Assembly: GCA_963743885.1 (NCBI GenBank)
Contig: CAVURJ010000001.1
Coordinates: 76,949-140,948, forward strand
DNA length: 64,000 nucleotides
From: Candidatus Moraniibacteriota bacterium
Lineage (GTDB): Bacteria > Patescibacteriota > Minisyncoccia > Moranbacterales > UBA1568
Reading direction: 5' to 3'
Shown: piece by piece, positions 57,391 through 64,000 of the stretch
How the letters are laid out: each line of letters starts with the position of its first letter
How positions within the stretch are numbered: the first letter of the stretch is position 1
The notes under the pieces: model-generated
Seen by the model: only the letters and a program-made list of their open reading frames with translations
Databases searched by the model: none
Told to the model about the DNA's origin: nothing
Program-made: the position numbers and the translations under genes

Positions 57391-57397
57391 TACCCGC

Positions 57398-57958
57398 TTA
57401 GATCGCGGCGTGCTGCTTGATAATCGAGGCGACTTTCTCGATCGCTTCGTCAAGCTTTCCTTGCTCATTTTCGACGGTGTAGTCATAGATATCAGTATGT
57501 TTGAGCCATTCTTCCGTATATGCCATCCGCTCACGCATGAATGCTTCAGATGGGTTGTCTCGCCGGCGGATACGCTCTTCAAGGACATCGAGCGGGGCAG
57601 ATATCATGATGGCTATGATGCCTGGGTAGAGCTTCTTCGCTGTTTCAACGCCTTTATACTCTATTTTCCAGATACCTATCTTCCCGGATTGCTCCAAACG
57701 GTCCAGTTCCTGTCTCGTTATACCGTACAGGTTACCATTGTATTGCTCGGCATGCTCCACGAACTCGCCCTGAGCAAGCCTCTGCTCGAATACTTCTTTC
57801 GACACGAAGTAGTACGGATTCCCGTCACTTTCGCCAGGGCGCATCGCCCTCGTCGTAGTCGTAACAGCTCTTTCCACTGGGAAAAGCTCAGAAATACCGT
57901 TTATTATCGAATCCTCTCCTGCTCCGGAAGGTCCGGAAATAATGAATACGTTTTGCAT
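57398..57958 (-). CDS. gmk: Guanylate kinase
   Basis: Start MQNVFIISGPSGAGEDSI (P-loop) at 57958. The ORF-track N-terminal extension runs into repeat copy D. Confidence 0.85.
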   Translation of the reverse strand: MQNVFIISGPSGAGEDSIINGISELFPVERAVTTTTRAMRPGESDGNPYYFVSKEVFEQRLAQGEFVEHAEQYNGNLYGITRQELDRLEQSGKIGIWKIEYKGVETAKKLYPGIIAIMISAPLDVLEERIRRRDNPSEAFMRERMAYTEEWLKHTDIYDYTVENEQGKLDEAIEKVASIIKQHAAI

Positions 57959-57989
57959 ACTACTGCTTAGTTTTTGACTAAAAGTTACG

Positions 57990-58146
57990 TTTCCGGAAAG
58001 AAACTCTTTTTGAAGAAAAAGAAAAACTCGTCGCCCTTGTTTCCAACGAAGTATTTCCCTCATTCTTCACAGCCCAAGGAAATCCTTCGAGAAACAAGGG
58101 CGTCTCAGACAGTTTCTTTTTCTTAAAAAGACATCTTTCCAGAAAC
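57990..58146 (-). repeat. Palindromic intergenic repeat, copy D (reverse orientation)
   Basis: The reverse complement reads ...gtttctggaaagatgtctttttaagaaaaagaaactgtctgagacgcccttgtttctcgaagg ... cgttggaaacaagggcgacgagtttttctttttcttcaaaaagagtttctttccggaaac. Confidence 0.8.
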
Positions 58147-58198
58147 GCCTCTTGCTTTGTATCAAAACATCCGCCAAGTGGCGGATGTTTCTGCTATC

Positions 58199-59368
58199 TT
58201 AAGCCTCTTTTTCCTCCTTCTTCACCTTAGCGCCCTCCTTCACAGGCAGGAGGCCCATGCGGTGGCTCTTCGGCTCGATAGAGAGGATGGTCCAAGTGTA
58301 GGCCTCACCTTCCTTGAAGACTTCTTCGATACGCTTGCCAGGGTAGACATCCTGGAACTCGCTCACGTGCGCGAGGCCATGGATATCCTTGTCGAGATAG
58401 ACGAACGCTCCGAAATGGTTGATCTTGTCCACCTTGCCCGGAACGATATCACCGACCTTGTACTTCTCGAGTACGCTCTCCCATGGGTCCTTCTTGAGCG
58501 CCTTCATCGAGAGAGAGATGCGGCTATCCTCAATACCGATGATCTTGGCCTGCACCGCCTCACCCGTCTTGATCATATCGCGCGGGTTATCGATGAGCTG
58601 CCAAGCGAGCTCTGAGATATGCACGAGGCCTTCGAGCTTCTCCATGCGACGCTTGCCGTCACCCTGCTCTGGAAGCGAGAACTTCACGAAGGCACCGAAA
58701 TCGACGACACCACTCACTTCGCCGTCGACGACATCGCCGACGCGGAGGAGATTGATGAGCTCCTTCTCTTTTTCGCTCTGTGCAGCCTTTTCAGAAGCGA
58801 TAAGCTTCTCGCTCTCGCGATCAGCATCAAGGATGCGGACCTGGATCTCCTGGCCAATAAGCTTCTTCAAAAGGTCGAGGATCTTGTTCTTGTCGCCATC
58901 CTCAACGCGCGGATAGTGCTCGCTTGAGAGCTGGGAAACCGGGATAAAGCCCGGGATGCCGTTGACCTCGATCATGAGACCACCCTTGTTGGCCTCGATC
59001 ACCTTGGTGCCGATCACCTCGCGGCCGGTCAGCTTGCGTTCGATATCCTCCCACGACTTCTCATACGACGCTTCGCGGATAGACAGCTCGATATAGCCAT
59101 CCTCGTTCTCATAATCCATGAGAGTCGCGCTCACTGTCGTGCCGACTTTCAGCTTGCCCTCCGGTCCGAGACCATCACGCATCTCTTTGCCCAGCACGAT
59201 ACCAGTGCCCATCGGGCCAAGGTCAACCAAAGCCGAGCTTGGGGCGACAAATACCACCGTACCCTGCACGACATCGCCGATGCTTGGGATTTCTACAACA
59301 TGCTTCGTCAAAAGCTCTTCCATCGGGGAAAGGCTTGTTTCAGCTATTTCCTGTCCTGTCTTCGTCAT
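58199..59368 (-). CDS. rpsA: 30S ribosomal protein S1 (short, four S1 domains)
   Basis: 389 aa with four repeats of the S1 OB-fold (GTVVFVAPSSALVDLG..., GTKVIEANKGGLMIEVNG..., GEVSGVVDFGAFVKF..., GKVDKINHFGAFVYL). Confidence 0.8.
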   Translation of the reverse strand: MTKTGQEIAETSLSPMEELLTKHVVEIPSIGDVVQGTVVFVAPSSALVDLGPMGTGIVLGKEMRDGLGPEGKLKVGTTVSATLMDYENEDGYIELSIREASYEKSWEDIERKLTGREVIGTKVIEANKGGLMIEVNGIPGFIPVSQLSSEHYPRVEDGDKNKILDLLKKLIGQEIQVRILDADRESEKLIASEKAAQSEKEKELINLLRVGDVVDGEVSGVVDFGAFVKFSLPEQGDGKRRMEKLEGLVHISELAWQLIDNPRDMIKTGEAVQAKIIGIEDSRISLSMKALKKDPWESVLEKYKVGDIVPGKVDKINHFGAFVYLDKDIHGLAHVSEFQDVYPGKRIEEVFKEGEAYTWTILSIEPKSHRMGLLPVKEGAKVKKEEKEA

Positions 59369-59734
59369 ATATTTCTTCTCTCTTGCGCGGAAACCGGGAA
59401 ACCGTGCGTTATTGAGTTAAAAACCGGATTTTTATCTTCAAAAAGCAAAAAACACCATTTCAAAATCGGGTGTTTCAGGGAACATTCTCTAGCAGAGGCT
59501 TATTACAGCCACTTCTTAGGTTGTGTTAGCTGATTACCCTTCTTCAGAACTTTTCCAAGTATACCTGAAGCTTTTCTTTTTGGCAAGCCCTATTAGAGCC
59601 CTGTCAAATTTTTTCATTACCTAATAAACTTTCACCCTTATCGGGACATTTTTCCTCAACAGGCTAGGGAGATCCGTACTCTAATAAGGCAAGCCCCGCT
59701 CCTATAAAATCCTTTCCCTTAAGGATCTCTCTAT

Positions 59735-59795
59735 AATTATCCACTTATACACCGGTTATTCACTATTCCCCAGTATCTAGAGGCTCGTTCAGTTA
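59735..59795 (+). promoter_or_regulatory. DnaA boxes in the dnaA upstream region
   Basis: ttatccact (59741..59749) and ttatccacc (59783..59791), 8/9 and 7/9 matches to TTATCCACA, plus the weaker ttattcact, within 70 bp of the dnaA start. Confidence 0.5.
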
Positions 59796-59811
59796 TCCAC
59801 CACGTGCTATA

Positions 59812-61260
59812 ATGGCTCGTACTGCTGATATTTTCCCTCACCTTATGCTGACAAGCGATGAACTTTGGAAGGCTGTCTTGGGCCAAATAGAACTTTCTTT
59901 ATCGAAAGCCAATTTTATAACCTGGTTTAAGAACACTCGGATCCTTAGTAGCCAAAACGGCCTCGTCACTATTGGCGTGCCGAATGGCTTCGCAAAAGAA
60001 TGGCTTGAAAACAAGTACAACCTCTATATATTGAAGGCGCTCAAAAGCCTCGACCCAAGCGTCACTGAGATGCGTTGTGTTATATCGCAGGAACGGCCGA
60101 ATATCCCAACAATTGATTCGGTCAAGACCGCGTCCGTGTCGTCACAACCATCAGAGGCCCAAGGATTCGTCAGGAAAAAGATCATCGAAAAGCCCGCTTT
60201 CGGCGCGCAAACCACATCCGAACCAGTATTCCATGAGACAAACCTCAACAGCCGATACACATTTGAAAACTTCATCGTTGCTGAGAACAACGAACTCGCA
60301 CGAGCGGCCTGCTACGCCGTCTCACAAAACCTCGGCATGGCCTATAACCCACTCTTCATCTATGGTGGTGTAGGGCTTGGCAAAACCCACCTCCTCCAAT
60401 CCATCGGCAATGAGGTGATGAGAAACGCGCCTGAAAAGCGCATCAAATACATCAACTCTGAACGATTCACCACTGAACTCGTCGATTCCATCAAGAACCA
60501 GAAGATTGATAAATTCAAAGAATACTACCAACAGATGGACCTCCTCATTATTGATGATGTCCAATTTCTCGCCGGCAGAGAGAAAACTCAGAATGAGTTC
60601 TTCCATATCTTCAATGCGCTCTACCAACTCAATAAACAGATCGTGATATCGAGCGACCGGCCCCCAAAAGCCATTCCAACACTCGAGGAGCGTCTTCGGT
60701 CGCGTTTTGAGGGAGGTATGATCACTGATATTAGTCGGCCAAATATTGAAACGCGTATCGCTATACTTGAGGCTAAGATAAGCGAAAAATCAGCTCATCT
60801 TGATGATGCATCCATTCGTTACATCGCTGAGCACATCTCACAAAACATCCGTGAACTTGAAGGAGCCCTCAACCGAGTCATCGCCTTCTGTGAATTCCAC
60901 AAAGTCTCTCCCTCCCTCGAAAATACCCAGAAAGTCCTCTCTCAACTCATTGAAACGAATAAAAAAACCATCAAGCTGGATGATATCTTCTCAGCCATTA
61001 TTGAGTTTTATAACGTATCAAAAGAAGACCTCTTAAAGAAAGGCCGGAAAAAAGAAGTCTCCCACCCTCGACAGGTGATGATGTATCTCCTCCGAAAGGA
61101 ACTCGACATGCCATTTTCTACGATTGGCGATACCCTTGGGGGACGTGATCATACCACTGCCCTTCATGCATATGAGAAAGTGAATAAACAACAAGTGGAT
61201 AATGAGCGACTCCAAGAAGAACTCCTTACCTTAAAAGAGAAGCTCTACTACCAATCCTGA
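59812..61260 (+). CDS. dnaA: Chromosomal replication initiator DnaA
   Basis: 482 aa; Walker A GGVGLGKTHLLQ, AAA+ sensor motifs, and C-terminal DNA-binding helix DHTTALHAYEKV. Confidence 0.95.
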   Translation: MARTADIFPHLMLTSDELWKAVLGQIELSLSKANFITWFKNTRILSSQNGLVTIGVPNGFAKEWLENKYNLYILKALKSLDPSVTEMRCVISQERPNIPTIDSVKTASVSSQPSEAQGFVRKKIIEKPAFGAQTTSEPVFHETNLNSRYTFENFIVAENNELARAACYAVSQNLGMAYNPLFIYGGVGLGKTHLLQSIGNEVMRNAPEKRIKYINSERFTTELVDSIKNQKIDKFKEYYQQMDLLIIDDVQFLAGREKTQNEFFHIFNALYQLNKQIVISSDRPPKAIPTLEERLRSRFEGGMITDISRPNIETRIAILEAKISEKSAHLDDASIRYIAEHISQNIRELEGALNRVIAFCEFHKVSPSLENTQKVLSQLIETNKKTIKLDDIFSAIIEFYNVSKEDLLKKGRKKEVSHPRQVMMYLLRKELDMPFSTIGDTLGGRDHTTALHAYEKVNKQQVDNERLQEELLTLKEKLYYQS

Positions 61261-61519
61261 TACAAACTCTGTTAATAACCCTGTATAACCAACGATATCC
61301 GCTGGATAAGAGTGTTGATAAACTAAACACTCTTGTGAGTAACTCTCCTCTCCTTGATTATTTTATGAGTTATACGAATATCCCTCTGAGATATCCTGAT
61401 TATAAAAATACATCTACTCTAAAAAATACCCTTTATTTAAAACAAAAATAAGAATTATCCCCATATCCACATCACTAAGTAATAATAATTCTTATTTAAA
61501 TATATAATACTTATATCTT
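61261..61519. promoter_or_regulatory. oriC: Candidate oriC: AT-rich dnaA-dnaN spacer with DnaA boxes and a DNA-unwinding-element-like AT tract
   Basis: ttatccagc (reverse complement of gctggataa, 61301 region), atatccacat and ttatcccca (about 61455..61475), then about 60 bp of more than 85% AT (aataataattcttatttaaatatataatacttatatctt) adjacent to dnaN. Confidence 0.45.
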
Positions 61520-62665
61520 ATGAAACTCATCTGTACACAAGAGAACCTCAACCGAGCAATATCATACCTTGAACGAGTTACAGGAAAACAGACAAACCTT
61601 CCTATTCTTGGAAATTTCCTTCTTGAGACAGAAAAGGGGAGATTGAAGATATCAGCGACAAATCTCGAGATTGGGGTTGTGGTGTATATTGGGGCAAAGA
61701 TCGAGCGTGAAGGAAGAATAGCAGTTCCTTCGCGGGTATTGGCAAATTTTATCCATAATCTTCCAAGTGGGGATGTAGTGGATATTGAGGTTTCTGGGCA
61801 GGTGATGAAAATAGTGAGTGCAGCGCATCAAGTGAATATTAAAGGTGTGGATGGAAAGGATTTTCCGATTATCCCACAATATAAAGAGGAGTATCCATTT
61901 GCGTTACCAGCCCAAGAATTAAAAGAAGCGCTTTCAAGGCTTTTATTTTGTGTTAGCTTAAATGAATCTCGGCTTGAGCTTACTGGGGTGAATATTTTTT
62001 TCTTTGAAGATGCTCTCCACCTCGCAGCGACAGATAGTTTTAGGCTTGCAGAGGAGATTATTCCACTTAAAGAGTCGAGCGTTGGATATCAGGATTTTAT
62101 TAAGGGGAATCCATCGCTTATTATTCCAAGTAATACCCTCCAAGAGGTGGTAAGGGTTATTACTCAGGAAAATAGCGAGGTGAAGATGGCACTTAAGGAG
62201 AATCAGGTATTTTTTGAAATAGATGGGGTCCAGATTATCTCGCGGAGTATTAATGGGAAATACCCTGATTATAAGCAGATTATCCCACAATCCTTTATAT
62301 TAAGATGTACTTTAGGGAGGGATGATCTTCAACGGGCGATCCGGATTGCAAGCGCATTCTCATCGTATGATACAAATGAGGTGACGCTTGTATTTGATCC
62401 GAAGCGTAGTGAGTGTTCCGTGGCGTCTATTTCGCGCGAAGTCGGGGAGAATAAGACGGTGCTTAAGTGTGAGTTTATATCTGGGAATGACCCATTAACG
62501 ATCGTCTTTAATCCGCGCTATGTCGCAGATGGCTTGAATGCCTGCTCGAGTGGTGTGGTGATGTTTTTAGCGAATACAGGGACGACGCCAGCAGCGCTTC
62601 GGATGATGGATAATGAGAGGGAAAAAGAAGGGTATCTTTATATTATGATGCCGATCAGGAAATGA
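61520..62665 (+). CDS. dnaN: DNA polymerase III beta sliding clamp
   Basis: 381 aa, three-domain clamp; typical position after dnaA. Confidence 0.9.
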   Translation: MKLICTQENLNRAISYLERVTGKQTNLPILGNFLLETEKGRLKISATNLEIGVVVYIGAKIEREGRIAVPSRVLANFIHNLPSGDVVDIEVSGQVMKIVSAAHQVNIKGVDGKDFPIIPQYKEEYPFALPAQELKEALSRLLFCVSLNESRLELTGVNIFFFEDALHLAATDSFRLAEEIIPLKESSVGYQDFIKGNPSLIIPSNTLQEVVRVITQENSEVKMALKENQVFFEIDGVQIISRSINGKYPDYKQIIPQSFILRCTLGRDDLQRAIRIASAFSSYDTNEVTLVFDPKRSECSVASISREVGENKTVLKCEFISGNDPLTIVFNPRYVADGLNACSSGVVMFLANTGTTPAALRMMDNEREKEGYLYIMMPIRK

Positions 62666-62669
62666 TGTT

Positions 62670-62963
62670 ATGAAGACTCTTAGGGATCTGCTACCAAAAA
62701 GAGAATCAAAGCGTGTCCCAGAGATGTTGGATGAGAAGACGATATTCCATATCTGCCGGAAAGTCCTCCTTGAGGAATATGGTGTGCGTGGAAGTGAGAA
62801 TATCATCCCTTCGCTCTATAAAGACAAGCGTCTTTTCCTCTCCCCGCGGAGCTCGCTTTGGGGGAATGAGATATCGCTTGAGCGTGAAGCACTGAGGAAT
62901 AAGATGAACGCGGTCATCGGGAGCGAAGCGGTGGATGGTATTGTGGTGTCGAAGCGGGGGTGA
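62670..62963 (+). CDS. DUF721 (RemB/YaaB-like) small protein
   Basis: 97 aa; same length and hydrophobic-pattern register as Bacillus YaaB (W in the second half, KLN..IG near the C-terminus), and located after dnaN where DUF721 genes commonly sit. Confidence 0.4.
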   Translation: MKTLRDLLPKRESKRVPEMLDEKTIFHICRKVLLEEYGVRGSENIIPSLYKDKRLFLSPRSSLWGNEISLEREALRNKMNAVIGSEAVDGIVVSKRG

Positions 62964-63076
62964 AAGCTAAGAGTCTATCCTAATAAAGAATGGTGATTTA
63001 TTAGGATAGACTCTAGGCTCGTCCGTATAGATGGGAGGGTATATAATAGCGACATATCATAAAACAGAAGAATTAT

Positions 63077-64000
63077 ATGGCTTTATGGTTTCGGAAGCGG
63101 CGGAGACTTCCGCCTGAATTCGGAGAACAGCCTCAAAAGAATAGGAAATGGCTGAACTGGAGGGTATTCTGGAGAGTATCCGCTATTATGGCCGCTACCA
63201 GCGTTGTAGTTGTAGCTGGTGTGTTTGCGTATATCGCGAAAGATTTACCGAACCCTGGAAGTGTCAGTAAGCGGTTCATCGCAGAATCGACCAAGATCTA
63301 TGATCGGACTGGTACGCATCTTCTCTATGAAGTGCATGGTGAGGAGAAGCGCACTATCATTGCGTTTTCTGATATGCCGGACGTTGTGAAATACGCAACG
63401 ATTAGTCTTGAGGACCAGGATTTCTATTCGCACCATGGCATCAAGCTGACGTCGATTGCCCGTTCGATCCTCAAGGACCTCGTCCAGTTCGGCAAGGCGC
63501 AGGGTGGATCGACTATCACACAGCAGTTTGTGAAGAACTCACTTCTCACGAATGAGAAGACGCTTATTAGGAAAGCGAAGGAAGTTGTTCTTTCACTCGA
63601 GATGGAGACGAAGTTTTCGAAGGATGAGATCCTCGCGATGTATCTCAATGAGATTCCATATGGGTCAAATACGTATGGTATCGAGGCAGCGGCGCAGACA
63701 TTTTTCGGAAAGCCGGCACGAGAACTCTCGCTCGATGAGGCGGCGCTCATCGCGGCATTGCCGCAGGCGACGACCTACTACTCACCATACGGCTCGCATC
63801 GTGATGCACTCATCGGCCGCAAGGATTATGCGCTTAAGCAGATGGCGAAGCTTGGGTATATTACGAGCGAGCAGGCGGACGAGGCGATGAGTACCAACAC
63901 ACTCGACAAAGTGATGCCACAGAAGAATATCATCGCGGCGCCGCATTTCGTCATGCATATCAAAGATTACCTCCAGGAGACCTATGGTGATCAGGCGGTC
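63077..64000 (+). CDS. Class A penicillin-binding protein, N-terminal transglycosylase (GT51) part; continues past the window end
   Basis: Manual translation from ATG 63077: MALWFRKRRR..., TM anchor, then the GT51 motifs ISLEDQDFYSHHGI, GGSTITQQFVKN, KAKEVVLSLEMET, YLNEIPYGSNTYGIEAAAQTFFGK. No stop in the window, so it is absent from the ORF track. Confidence 0.8.
   Translation, partial: MALWFRKRRRLPPEFGEQPQKNRKWLNWRVFWRVSAIMAATSVVVVAGVFAYIAKDLPNPGSVSKRFIAESTKIYDRTGTHLLYEVHGEEKRTIIAFSDMPDVVKYATISLEDQDFYSHHGIKLTSIARSILKDLVQFGKAQGGSTITQQFVKNSLLTNEKTLIRKAKEVVLSLEMETKFSKDEILAMYLNEIPYGSNTYGIEAAAQTFFGKPARELSLDEAALIAALPQATTYYSPYGSHRDALIGRKDYALKQMAKLGYITSEQADEAMSTNTLDKVMPQKNIIAAPHFVMHIKDYLQETYGDQAV

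Noticed and set aside
57398-57588. ORF-track tilS start at 57588 overlapping gmk by 190 nt
   Set aside because: So long a same-strand overlap is implausible. The N-terminal 60 codons are Ser/Arg/Lys-rich out-of-frame gmk sequence. The true start is probably a non-ATG codon near 57390.

Overview
64 kb of a bacterial chromosome, about 55-60% GC backbone with several AT-rich islands. The window ends in the replication-origin region: dnaA, an AT-rich spacer with DnaA boxes, then dnaN; rpmH-rnpA-yidC-jag sit 36 kb away. Recognisable housekeeping genes: pnp, rpsO, pyrC, pyrD-like, ispG, gyrA, nrdAB, sod, peroxiredoxin, rluD, rplS, udg, nrnA, rbfA, ftsH, tilS, gmk, rpsA and lspA. Lineage is uncertain; the small S1 and YidC, tRNA group I introns and abundant odd surface proteins fit a small-genome (possibly Patescibacteria-like) bacterium. 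Other content: (1) at the 5' end a minus-strand cell-surface locus with a giant Thr/Gly-rich surface protein, three paralogous signal-peptide/C-terminal-TM proteins (two are a 99.9% identical tandem duplicate) and two paralogous secreted proteins sharing a C-terminal motif; (2) a Wzx flippase / two GT2 / two Wzy_C-like membrane protein glycan cluster; (3) a tRNA cluster with two group I intron-containing tRNAs, one intron carrying an antisense HNH endonuclease, plus a free-standing LAGLIDADG endonuclease; (4) several families of small repeats: a roughly 170-bp palindromic intergenic element in 4 copies, a CCTGCCTRCCGGYAGGCAGG hairpin, and direct repeats of tRNA 3' ends flanking 140-220 bp inserts; (5) most striking, an AT-rich noncoding segment about 10 kb from dnaA that carries 16 copies of the parS-type palindrome TGTTCCACGTGGAACA within 1.2 kb, followed by a perfect consensus sigma70 promoter driving a roughly 400-nt apparently noncoding transcript. 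The ORF track reports only ORFs with an in-window stop, so the truncated surface protein (1..1147) and the PBP at 63077..64000 were found by manual translation. All calls come from reading the sequence; no searches were run.
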